NCBI GenBank assembly: GCA_000998025.1
Contig: LCJG01000002.1
Location: forward strand, 891 to 64,890
Length of the DNA: 64,000 nt
Direction of reading: 5' to 3'
DNA from: Candidatus Collierbacteria bacterium GW2011_GWB1_44_6
GTDB taxonomy: Bacteria > Patescibacteriota > Microgenomatia > UBA1400 > MFAQ01
Position 1 is the stretch's first letter. The number at the start of each line of letters is the position of its first letter. The position numbers and the translations under genes were made by a program. Of this stretch, positions 28,373 through 37,645 are shown piece after piece. The notes below the pieces were generated by a model. The model did not search any database. It saw only the letters and a program-made list of their open reading frames with translations, and had not been told where the DNA came from.

Positions 28373-30696
28373 TTTTTCCTGATAGTTTTTATTAATCCGG
28401 GAAGACCACCCAGTAAGCAGACTAGAATGGTTATCCCAGAGGCAATCATTCCCATAAAAAAGAGTCTTTGCGGCCAATAATCGATGGTGAGAGAAATATT
28501 GACCGTACCGTCCGCGTTGGTGCTGCAGACGGAGGGATCAGTTTTGCAGATTTTTTCAGTCTCCATTAACCATCCATTGGCATAACCATTGGCTGTAAAA
28601 TGCCTATCTTCTTGAATTACTGGCGTTCGAAACCAAGTATCCCAAAAATTATTTCTTAGATTTTTGTATTCTTGAATAGTCCCTCTGTGAGACTGTTCAT
28701 CATCAGTGGTATTATTAAAAAATTCTCTTTTGCCAGCATATATCTTCCACTTTGGGTGGAAGTTTTCATTGAAGACTAATATAAATTTATCTCCGGCATT
28801 TTTGATTATTAACGTGTAAGTTGTTGGATTGTTTTTGTTAAAAATAAGTTTTACATTTGAATAGTTAGCGCCTGGAAGCCACTCCTTGTAATCAATTTCT
28901 TTCTCAGAACTTGAAACAATTAGTAGGTTTTTGGGGTTGTTTACCTTTCCGAGAGAGGGACACAGAGTACTAGCTAGTGATGGATCTATAAACTTTAATC
29001 CACCCAAGTATGGTGTCGAGGTGCTGCTTGCGTCGACTATCTCTTCCGGTAGGTAGATTCTGGGATAGTAATTGTTTTTATTTATTTCAAAGAGATCAAA
29101 TACTTCATCCGAGTGCACAGTTTTTCCGATTAGTTTAGACTCACAGATTACCGAAAAAAAAGAATCTTTTTGAATCAATACGTGACTGACGTTATTTAAA
29201 AATAGCGAAGAACTATCCTGATTAGTTTCTACCCCGGATCCCAGGTTTTCCAAACTCAATCCGGATTGGTCAGGTCTAAAAATTGTTTCTTTTGCTGAAA
29301 TCCAATAAAGAGGGTCGGCACCCATGTAACCCCAAGTTTTTGTCACATATCCATTGGGAAAGGGAAGTTCAAGAACTTTGGCCGCCTCCTTTAGGCCATC
29401 TAACTTCACCTGCAATGTGAAGTATTCATCTGGAATTTTGAACCCCCTACGGTCGTTCTCAGAGATAGTGGTATTGAAGTACTTATCTCCTTTAATAATG
29501 GGGTAAAAAATAACTAAGTGAATAAGAACTATAGCTGGAAATATTTTTTTCAAACCGTAGCGCTTTACAATGTCAGCTATAGAAATTGCTAGTAGGAGCG
29601 AGTAAAGTATGACAGCCCCAGAAGCAATCGATGATGTAGTTCGAAATACTCTTAGTAGAGGGATATAAACCATTGCCTGGGTATATAAATAGCCAAATGG
29701 CGGGTTTGGACCCTTTGCAATGAATATAATTAGAAGAGAAAATAATAATAGGATCAATTTTTTGTGATTTTTTACCTTGTCGATAAACACCCCTAGGCAT
29801 AGAACTAACCACAGAAGAAGTGTCCAGATAACGAACATAGTGCTCGTGAGGTACTTACTGATATGTGGATAAATTAGGACGATGGAATAGTTGAAGAAGC
29901 GCGAAATATATAAAAGAGAGGCACTTCCCAGGTCTGCTTTTCCGCCATGAGAAGAGACGTTAGAGGAAAAATTTCGAACCACTCCAAACAAGGTGCTATA
30001 TATGTAAGGAATGATAGTAAAAGCATTAATTAATAGAGATATTGCGGCTAAGGCGATCAACCTTAAGAAGAGAGATAGATAAGAGAGCTCCTTCGGTTTT
30101 GAGATCAAGACGACCGCCAGAGCAGACAGCGGAAATATTAGTAGTATTTTGGGTTGAGGAAGGTCAATAAAGAAAAAAAGGTTAAGACATATCGCAAAAA
30201 GAATGGCAAACGTTAGGTTTTTCGACTTCACAAATTTGACAAGGAAATAAAGACAGACAGGGAACCCGTATAGTGGTAGATAAGCTGTAACGAGCAAAAA
30301 GTAAATAGGATTAAGGATGAAAAACATGGCACTCAAATAAGCCCACTTTTTGTGGTATTCCGGGAATATTTCCCGAAACAGTAAATATGTAAACACGAAA
30401 CCAGTCGTAAACAGGAGAACAATAAGAATTTTTAAGGTTAAGAAGCTAGGAATCTTTATAAGGTTTAGAAAGCCATAAAACCAGTACCAAAATACGTGCA
30501 AATACTCTAAAGATTCTCCATATGAGTTCCACATGAACATCTTGTCAGAAATGTTCATGCGGTACATGGGATACATGACATCCCCGCCGATATAGTAATT
30601 TTTGTCAGCAATGGAAAACAGGAAAGTGGCTATACCTGCAATAGAAATTATTATCGGCCAGTGTCTTTGGAGTAGGCGTACGACTTTACCAATTAT
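28369..30696 (-). CDS. Large GT-C membrane glycosyltransferase (AftD/YfhO-like)
   Basis: AKGPNPPFG, FRT, LVFNENFHPKW, HFTANGYANGW and YWPQR motifs. The frame stays open 40 codons upstream of ATG 30576 and encodes the first TM helix plus GGD, implying a non-canonical start near 30696. Confidence 0.72.
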   Translation of the reverse strand: MIGKVVRLLQRHWPIIISIAGIATFLFSIADKNYYIGGDVMYPMYRMNISDKMFMWNSYGESLEYLHVFWYWFYGFLNLIKIPSFLTLKILIVLLFTTGFVFTYLLFREIFPEYHKKWAYLSAMFFILNPIYFLLVTAYLPLYGFPVCLYFLVKFVKSKNLTFAILFAICLNLFFFIDLPQPKILLIFPLSALAVVLISKPKELSYLSLFLRLIALAAISLLINAFTIIPYIYSTLFGVVRNFSSNVSSHGGKADLGSASLLYISRFFNYSIVLIYPHISKYLTSTMFVIWTLLLWLVLCLGVFIDKVKNHKKLILLLFSLLIIFIAKGPNPPFGYLYTQAMVYIPLLRVFRTTSSIASGAVILYSLLLAISIADIVKRYGLKKIFPAIVLIHLVIFYPIIKGDKYFNTTISENDRRGFKIPDEYFTLQVKLDGLKEAAKVLELPFPNGYVTKTWGYMGADPLYWISAKETIFRPDQSGLSLENLGSGVETNQDSSSLFLNNVSHVLIQKDSFFSVICESKLIGKTVHSDEVFDLFEINKNNYYPRIYLPEEIVDASSTSTPYLGGLKFIDPSLASTLCPSLGKVNNPKNLLIVSSSEKEIDYKEWLPGANYSNVKLIFNKNNPTTYTLIIKNAGDKFILVFNENFHPKWKIYAGKREFFNNTTDDEQSHRGTIQEYKNLRNNFWDTWFRTPVIQEDRHFTANGYANGWLMETEKICKTDPSVCSTNADGTVNISLTIDYWPQRLFFMGMIASGITILVCLLGGLPGLIKTIRKK

Positions 30697-31502
30697 GAGT
30701 TTTTTTGAGTATATAAGAAGACTGCATAAAAGCTGGGCGATAGAAACGGCAAGCTTTTTACCACGTTTCGGACCAGGTTGACCATGTACGGAACCTTGGA
30801 CAAAGCACCAAGTTGCGCAGATATGCGGTTAGGAGTAACCGGAGGGTACATTCGTATTCCTTCGGTAAGCCCATACGTGTACATTGTTTTTTTTAACCTG
30901 TTTGGGTTTGTTAAATTAACGTGAACTTTTTTTTCTTCATTTTCCGCCCTTATTACTTCACTCAGCGTTGAATTCCTCATTATGACGTTTATTAGGTTCA
31001 AAATTGGCCGGATAAACTTTAGATAAATATTGTTGTCTGTGTGAATGACGACTTGGAGATTATTACTCCAAGACTGGAATGATTTGAGGACTTTTCTTAT
31101 TTCAGAATCATACATGTGCTCAACCACATCACATAGATATACTGCTCTAATATTTTTCAGTTTTGGAAGATGGTTATTATTAGCACAGAGAAATTCAATC
31201 TTCATTGCTCCGTACTTCTTTTCATATTTCTTTTGCCTATCCCGGCATATGTCGACTGCCGCCTTGGAATAATCTATGCCTACAACCCTACAGCGGTATT
31301 TTTTCCAAAGCATAAATGAAAGGTTCCCATTACCACAGCCAAAGTCAACTACAGTATTTTCGGGAGTTAATTTAACCAAGGAAACCATTTCTTTGTAATA
31401 TTCTTTTGAAAGATTCTCTTCTAAAGTATCGGCTGAGTTGTCTTGCCCATATACTCTATTGAAAAAGTCTTTGTCGTATAGTCTTGAACTTACCTGTTTC
31501 AT
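30693..31502 (-). CDS. Class I SAM-dependent methyltransferase
   Basis: VVDFGCGNG, GIDYS, DVVEH and HVN motifs. Confidence 0.85.
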   Translation of the reverse strand: MKQVSSRLYDKDFFNRVYGQDNSADTLEENLSKEYYKEMVSLVKLTPENTVVDFGCGNGNLSFMLWKKYRCRVVGIDYSKAAVDICRDRQKKYEKKYGAMKIEFLCANNNHLPKLKNIRAVYLCDVVEHMYDSEIRKVLKSFQSWSNNLQVVIHTDNNIYLKFIRPILNLINVIMRNSTLSEVIRAENEEKKVHVNLTNPNRLKKTMYTYGLTEGIRMYPPVTPNRISAQLGALSKVPYMVNLVRNVVKSLPFLSPSFYAVFLYTQKNS

Positions 31503-31504
31503 AA

Positions 31505-32668
31505 TTATGTGAAGTTAGATATCAAACGGCTTTCTTTTTCGACTATTAAATTCCAATCATGTTTTTTTGCCATTTTCTTTCCTTCAGTATTTGTAAACTT
31601 ATTATCACGGAATAACTTGATGACAGCGCTGGCCACAGATTGAATATCACCTGTTTTGTGCATTGAAACCTGTTTGTCCGTATAAAGTTGCTTAAAGATC
31701 GGTAGGCTATAGGTGAAACACTGCCTACCGAGAGCAACCGCCTCTAATAATGCTACACCAAAACTTTCGTCATAACTCAGAAACCAAAACGATTTTGTGT
31801 TTCCGAGATAGCTGTATTTTTCAACCCCAGACTGATATCCAAGAAATTTGATATTATTTTCAAGTCCCGTTTGGATTATTTGCTCTTTAAAAGCCTCCTC
31901 GGTTTTTTTGTCGCCACTTCCCATAATACTCAGGGTAAATTTTGGATGATCTCTTTTCACGATCTCTAGAACTTTCAACAGGTCAAAGATACCTTTACTC
32001 TCGTTTAGTCGCCCCATGAACAAACCGTCTGACCTGTATTTATTACCTTTTTTTATTTTCTTTATTAATTCGCTTTCAACACCGTTTCCCGTGACGGCAA
32101 TATGTTTCTCGGACAACCCTCTTCTAATTAGATATCTTTTTAGATATGTGGTGACAGTAAATATACAATCAGCCTGTGATAACAACGGGATGCTTATCTG
32201 AAAAAATAGCCAAGCTAATAAACGTATCAGTGTATTTCCCCGTCCAAAAATGGGTACTGTATTGTCAAAAACGGTACACCAAACCACTTTTTTATTTGTC
32301 AATTTGTAGACAAAAGGCACAATAATAAAATCTAGCACAGAAGAAAATGAGTATATTATGTCGGGTGAAATTTTAGAAATCTCCTTGTTTTCTCCCAGCG
32401 AGAGAATATTTTGGCGAATGGCATATAGGAGGTAAGAGATTTTTGACTTATTTATTTTGGGTTTAGAGAAAGCGCCATGGTGCTTGTTGTCATAACTGTA
32501 TACATCACCGATGGTTTTAATCTCATTAATATAATTTCCTCCATGAATATAGGTCTTATAGCCAAGCTTTTGATACTCTTTTATTTTTATTAGCCAGATT
32601 ATTTGAATACCTTGATTGCCTAGGTTTGGAATAATGAAAATAATTATTGGGGGTTGGCCGTTGCTCAT
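31505..32668 (-). CDS. GT4 family glycosyltransferase
   Basis: FMGRLNESKG and SYDESFGVALLEA motifs. Start at ATG 32668 (ATGA overlap). Confidence 0.88.
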   Translation of the reverse strand: MSNGQPPIIIFIIPNLGNQGIQIIWLIKIKEYQKLGYKTYIHGGNYINEIKTIGDVYSYDNKHHGAFSKPKINKSKISYLLYAIRQNILSLGENKEISKISPDIIYSFSSVLDFIIVPFVYKLTNKKVVWCTVFDNTVPIFGRGNTLIRLLAWLFFQISIPLLSQADCIFTVTTYLKRYLIRRGLSEKHIAVTGNGVESELIKKIKKGNKYRSDGLFMGRLNESKGIFDLLKVLEIVKRDHPKFTLSIMGSGDKKTEEAFKEQIIQTGLENNIKFLGYQSGVEKYSYLGNTKSFWFLSYDESFGVALLEAVALGRQCFTYSLPIFKQLYTDKQVSMHKTGDIQSVASAVIKLFRDNKFTNTEGKKMAKKHDWNLIVEKESRLISNFT

Positions 32669-33831
32669 ATAACTTTGTCGAGTATGTGTAGTAGTCTTCC
32701 AGCGGTTTTTGCCCAACTAAACTCCTTAACTTTCTCAAGACCTTTTTTTATCAACTCTGAGCGAAGTGTGTGGTCGTTGTCGATCTGATGCATAGCATCA
32801 CTAATCTGATTGGTATCAAGTGGATCTACCAAAATACCCGATGCACCAACGACCTCTGGTAAACTCGACGTGTTGGAAGCGATAACGGGACACTTGTTCT
32901 GCATGGCTTCTAGTACCGGAAGGCCAAAACCCTCGTAATAAGAACAATAGACAAAGGCGATTGCTTTCGTGTATAAGGCCATCAGTTCGGTTTTGGTAAT
33001 ATATCTGCCTGTCAGGATTACCTTGCCTGCATGTTTGGTCTTTTTTAGAAGAGCACCAATGTAGTCAATCATTTCAGGGTCCTTGACGACAATTACTAGC
33101 TTGGCGTCCTTCTTTGTTTCACAGAATATGTCAAAAGCCTTGAGAGCTGAATCCACATTTTTTCGAATAGAAGTGCCGGCCGTGAGGAAATATTTATCTT
33201 CTTCGTTTAGGTGAATCTTTTTTAGTATTCGCCAAATTTGAGATTCCGTAATATGTGAAGATTTTCCCGTGTCTTCGTCTACCCCCAGCGGAATAGTGGT
33301 TATCTTGGCTTTGTCAAGTTTAAATAGCCTCCTTAAATCTTTTTTTGTATTATCTGAAATAGTGATGATTTGGTCAGCCCTTTTTAAGCTTGGTGACAGA
33401 ACGAGGTCATAGTATAACTTCAACTGCCTTGTAGTTGTTTCTGGCACGATAAAGGTGCAGAGATCAAGCACTCCGACTACGTATTTGACATCTTTTTTTC
33501 TAAACAAAGGTAAAATGTTTACGGGACTAAAATATACCCCTACTCCACCCATGGCTTTCAAAACATACAGGTGGTCAAAGAGTATCTCGGTGAATATGTT
33601 TCGATGGCCAGGTATATTTTCCAAACTGACATTTTTGTTTGCCAAGAGGTCCTCGATGTATTCGTTTTTTCCGTCATAAGAAAACACGGCCACTCTGAAT
33701 TCTGTTTTTGGAGAGGCTTGAACCAGAGCTTTGACTAGGTTGTAGACGTAGCTTTGTACGCCGGTATAAGGATTCTGAAGCAACCGCAAATTAATTAGAA
33801 TTGTTTTATTCACCTTTGGCCGACTATCCAT
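32665..33831 (-). CDS. GT4 family glycosyltransferase
   Basis: RKN, SYYEGFGLPVLEAM and SSLPEV motifs. Confidence 0.92.
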   Translation of the reverse strand: MDSRPKVNKTILINLRLLQNPYTGVQSYVYNLVKALVQASPKTEFRVAVFSYDGKNEYIEDLLANKNVSLENIPGHRNIFTEILFDHLYVLKAMGGVGVYFSPVNILPLFRKKDVKYVVGVLDLCTFIVPETTTRQLKLYYDLVLSPSLKRADQIITISDNTKKDLRRLFKLDKAKITTIPLGVDEDTGKSSHITESQIWRILKKIHLNEEDKYFLTAGTSIRKNVDSALKAFDIFCETKKDAKLVIVVKDPEMIDYIGALLKKTKHAGKVILTGRYITKTELMALYTKAIAFVYCSYYEGFGLPVLEAMQNKCPVIASNTSSLPEVVGASGILVDPLDTNQISDAMHQIDNDHTLRSELIKKGLEKVKEFSWAKTAGRLLHILDKVI

Positions 33832-34412
33832 ATTTGACCACCCAGACCGAGTTTGTTTATGAAGCTTTGAATGAATAGTGGGAGGGGGTGAAAGGGGGCA
33901 AAGCTCTTGGTAATCTTAAAATTGTTGGTACTCAAAATAAATTCGAGATTAGGAATGGTGAAGAGGTACTTATGAGTCTTGTCACTATAGCCGTGCCATT
34001 TGTTTTTTTCGACATACCTACCAAAGGAGTTTAGATTTGGGGTGGTGATTATGAGTTTTCCTCCCTTTTTTAACATGGAGTAGCATTTTTCCACAAATTT
34101 TGAAGGACTATCAAGATGTTCGATGACATCGAAAGCGGTAATTAGGTCAAATTTCACAGTAGGGAAAGGAGTAGTACTGGAGTTTAGGTCAAATACTTTT
34201 AATCTGGCTTTGGTGTTCGTTTTTGCTTTTTTTAGCCATGCACTAGAGATGTCAACTCCGTATGTTTTCATACCATAGGCGTCACATTTTTTTAAAAAAT
34301 TGCCGGTGGCACAGCCGATGTCCAGAACTTTCTGTCCTTTTTTAAAACCTTCTGCAAGCACAGCCCCAGGGAAATAGATCTTGGATATCAGATCTTCTCT
34401 TTTTATGACCAT
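33810..34412 (-). CDS. Class I SAM-dependent methyltransferase
   Basis: VLDIGCATG, FDVIEH and LKKGGKLIITTPN motifs. Confidence 0.9.
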   Translation of the reverse strand: MVIKREDLISKIYFPGAVLAEGFKKGQKVLDIGCATGNFLKKCDAYGMKTYGVDISSAWLKKAKTNTKARLKVFDLNSSTTPFPTVKFDLITAFDVIEHLDSPSKFVEKCYSMLKKGGKLIITTPNLNSFGRYVEKNKWHGYSDKTHKYLFTIPNLEFILSTNNFKITKSFAPFHPLPLFIQSFINKLGLGGQIWIVGQR

Positions 34413-34413
34413 T

Positions 34414-35136
34414 TTATTTTTTTGCTAAAGCGTATATTCTAGTGGCGAATATGCCTTGAGGAGTTAACCCTTTCATTATCTGGCGGAACATAAATTTGGT
34501 CGTTTTATATACTTTGTGAAAGAGGTGCTTGTATATATATAACAACAGAATGTCGATGTCCCAAAACAAGTTTCCTATTTTCAAAATTTCTGATGATTTA
34601 AAGTTTGAAAGTTTTAAGAGTATTTCAATATCGGATGCTTTGTAGTGTCTGTGCCCAAGGAACCAGGCTGGATCGATAAAGTTGAAGGGGTGGCTATTCA
34701 TGGTGCTCGTAATCAAGACTCCGCCTTCTTTGAGAAGCTTATTGATATTTTGAAGAACAATCCCTTCAGTCCCGACAGGGACATGTTCGATGACATCAAG
34801 AAAAATGGCAGAATCAAAATACCCGGCGTACTTTTTCATAAATTTGGGATCTGGGTCGGCAAGATTAATTTGGTAAAAATCAAATTTGGGAAATGTTTTT
34901 TTGGCTACGTTCAGGGCATCTTGGTTGAGATCAATCCCGACCATTTTGCATGGGAATTTTCTTCGAGAAACTTCCTTTTCCATGGTGCCGGTCCAGCAAC
35001 CAGCGTCCAGTACCTTTTTTCCTTTGAAATATTCTTTATAATAATCTACAACATGTTTGTGTTGGTAGTTGGCCCTAATTTGGGAATCGTTGAGGCTATC
35101 AAACTCCATGGTGCCATTGTATGTAAGTGATCTCAT
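34414..35136 (-). CDS. Class I SAM-dependent methyltransferase
   Basis: VLDAGCWTG, DVIEHV and LKEGG motifs; alternative start at ATG 35109. Confidence 0.88.
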   Translation of the reverse strand: MRSLTYNGTMEFDSLNDSQIRANYQHKHVVDYYKEYFKGKKVLDAGCWTGTMEKEVSRRKFPCKMVGIDLNQDALNVAKKTFPKFDFYQINLADPDPKFMKKYAGYFDSAIFLDVIEHVPVGTEGIVLQNINKLLKEGGVLITSTMNSHPFNFIDPAWFLGHRHYKASDIEILLKLSNFKSSEILKIGNLFWDIDILLLYIYKHLFHKVYKTTKFMFRQIMKGLTPQGIFATRIYALAKK

Positions 35137-35143
35137 AGAGGAA

Positions 35144-36289
35144 TTATAACCGAGATGCGTAGATTTTTAGGTATTGGTTCGCTGTTTTAAGCGGTGATCT
35201 AGATCTGGCCATGACATAAACGTTGTCTTCAATTTTCTTTACCAGATGAGGATTGTTGGCTACCAGCTCAAAGGCTTCGTCCCACCTTGAATTATCGGTC
35301 AGGATACCCGTTTTACCATCATCTATGTCCTCAAGATAATGGCCTATTTTGGTCGCTATGATGCACTTGCCGTAGCTATTTGCGTGATATAGCGGTCCAC
35401 TAGAACCCATGGAAAGAACAGCGGGGATGATGACGCAGTAAGCCTTTTCATAGAGACTATCCTGCTCACTCTCTTCAATGAACCCTTTGTAAACTATTTT
35501 ATCCTGCAGACCGGAACTGGATATCATTTTGGTTATTTCCGTCAACGAATCCTCTTGTCCCTTAATGACGCCTCCGGCCAGAATTAATTTGAATTTTGTT
35601 TTGGGGTTTTTGGTGATGTATTTTTTGAATCCGTCCAGGGCGAAGCCAAGCCCCTTCCGCCTAGCCATATAGCCAAAATAGAAAAAATACGGTTCCTTTT
35701 TGCCGCTGTTATATGGTTTCTCAGGGATGGCTGCCGGAATGACGTTTACCTTTTTCTCATCCACACCGTAGTCTGACGTGATTATTTTTTTGGTTAAATG
35801 AGTATGAACAACGATAGAGTCTGAAATTAAGGAAATCAGCTTATAGACATAAGAAAAGAATAGCTTCAACATGAACGGCCTGACTATATTAGGATTTTGA
35901 TTGAAAATTCGGACAAATTCTGTATCAACCTGTTTTTTATATACCGCCGCGTGAACAGTGACTACGACTTTGAAACCCAGAAGTTTGGTGATAAATAAGA
36001 GCAAAGGGAAAAGGGCTGCTGTAAAAATACCTCCATACATATTAATTTCATGTTGAAAATGAACGAGGTCTGGTTTGTCTGTCTTTAGCTGATTTACAAT
36101 CTCCGAAATAAATGCCGGTGACTTTGTCCAGACAGGAATGATCCGACCGTGACCAGTAATCTCAAGGTTCTTTTTGTCTTTGTCCGTATATACCAGCAGC
36201 TCAACTTTTTTTGTTTGGACGAGCCCGCCTGTGATGTACTGAGAGTAATGCCCAGATGGCAACATACCTGTGATGAAGGCAATTTTCAT
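35144..36289 (-). CDS. GT4 family glycosyltransferase
   Basis: HFQHE, VTVH, FGYMARRKG and SSGPL (SG-type variant of the EX7E region) motifs. Confidence 0.85.
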   Translation of the reverse strand: MKIAFITGMLPSGHYSQYITGGLVQTKKVELLVYTDKDKKNLEITGHGRIIPVWTKSPAFISEIVNQLKTDKPDLVHFQHEINMYGGIFTAALFPLLLFITKLLGFKVVVTVHAAVYKKQVDTEFVRIFNQNPNIVRPFMLKLFFSYVYKLISLISDSIVVHTHLTKKIITSDYGVDEKKVNVIPAAIPEKPYNSGKKEPYFFYFGYMARRKGLGFALDGFKKYITKNPKTKFKLILAGGVIKGQEDSLTEITKMISSSGLQDKIVYKGFIEESEQDSLYEKAYCVIIPAVLSMGSSGPLYHANSYGKCIIATKIGHYLEDIDDGKTGILTDNSRWDEAFELVANNPHLVKKIEDNVYVMARSRSPLKTANQYLKIYASRL

Positions 36290-36297
36290 ATCTATAA

Positions 36298-37545
36298 TTA
36301 AACCACTTCTATCTTTGGGAGGGGAAATACCAAGTGCCCACCAGAATCCAGGTAAGCTTGTTCCTTACCTATTATATTGTCCTTAAAGTGCCAAGGTAAC
36401 ACCAGAAGATAGTCGGGCTTTAAGGCTTTAATTTCAGTTTCTGATTTAATCTCGATATCGGTTCCAGGAGCAAACCTTCCATATTTATACTCATTGACCT
36501 CAGCGATTGCCGGTAGATCTTTTTTGTCTAACCCAGCAAACTGAAGAATTACGTTTCCTTTTGTTGAGGCTCCATATCCATATATCGTTTTACCCTGTTG
36601 ATGAACCTTCTTAATAAAATTAACAAGACCTTCTCTATGTTCGAAAATAGCTTTGTTGAAGTCTTCGTACGTTTGAGGGTCTTGAAGATCTCTAGCTTCT
36701 TCTGCTTCGATTATTGCTCTAACCATTTTTTCGTTACCCAGCATCCGAGAATTTTTCTTCGCCAAAAAGACTTTGAAACTTGCTCCATTTGTTTCGTTTA
36801 GTTCGATGTCAACAATTTTCATACCGATTCTGGAAACCATCCAGCTTATTTGTCTTATGGCGTAGTATTCCAGGTGCTCATGGCAGATGGTATCGTAGGA
36901 AACATTGTCTATCATTCTTGGCATATAACTTTGCTCTAGTACCCAAACGCCTTCATCATCTAAGATCTCATAGACTTGTGCCATAAAGTCTATCGGGTGC
37001 TCTAAATCATAAAACATAGCCACTGATGTAACTACTTTAGCTTTCCTCTCACCGAATTCTTTCTTAAACACCTCAGATGAGAAGAAGTCGGGAATTTTTG
37101 TAATTCCACGCTGGTAATACATTCCAAATTTCTTAATTGTGGGATCAATACCAACTAAGTCGACACCGTCTACTCCGTACTGTGATAATAGTGTTCCGTC
37201 GTTGCTGCCGATGTCCAGGATAAGATCTCCTTTTTTTAGTTCGATTTTATTTTTTATTTGATTGGCTAATTCTTGAAGGTGAGCCACCATTGACCGATTG
37301 AGACCGGAGCGATAGCCGTAATTGTCACCATAAAGTTTTTCTGGTAAGTAATTGTGAGCTAATTGAAGTAGACCACAACTAATTCCGTCACGGTCATCAC
37401 ATTTAACGACAGTTAGAGGACCTTTTTCTACTTCCTCGTCCGCCTTAGGGAATACTCCACTTAGTGCAGTCTCACCAAGTTCAACAACTTTATAAATGTT
37501 TTTGTTTCCGCAAATCCGACATTCAGTAATTTCTCGGTAAAGCAT
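36298..37545 (-). CDS. NDP-hexose C-methyltransferase (TylCIII/TcaB9-like)
   Basis: N-terminal Zn site CRICG...C..CGLLQL, YGYRSG, DIGSNDG, DTICHEH, YGASTKGN and LPWHF motifs. Confidence 0.9.
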   Translation of the reverse strand: MLYREITECRICGNKNIYKVVELGETALSGVFPKADEEVEKGPLTVVKCDDRDGISCGLLQLAHNYLPEKLYGDNYGYRSGLNRSMVAHLQELANQIKNKIELKKGDLILDIGSNDGTLLSQYGVDGVDLVGIDPTIKKFGMYYQRGITKIPDFFSSEVFKKEFGERKAKVVTSVAMFYDLEHPIDFMAQVYEILDDEGVWVLEQSYMPRMIDNVSYDTICHEHLEYYAIRQISWMVSRIGMKIVDIELNETNGASFKVFLAKKNSRMLGNEKMVRAIIEAEEARDLQDPQTYEDFNKAIFEHREGLVNFIKKVHQQGKTIYGYGASTKGNVILQFAGLDKKDLPAIAEVNEYKYGRFAPGTDIEIKSETEIKALKPDYLLVLPWHFKDNIIGKEQAYLDSGGHLVFPLPKIEVV

Positions 37546-37645
37546 TTTTGTACAATAAAATAATTATTATGTCTATAAAAAGACTACCTGTACTTTACAT
37601 CAACAATTAATACAAGTCTATAATTATTTTGAAAACTTCTTTCTA

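Noticed and set aside
37557-37630. 11-bp AT-only inverted repeat in an intergenic gap
   Set aside because: It is low complexity and plausible by chance in AT-rich promoter DNA.
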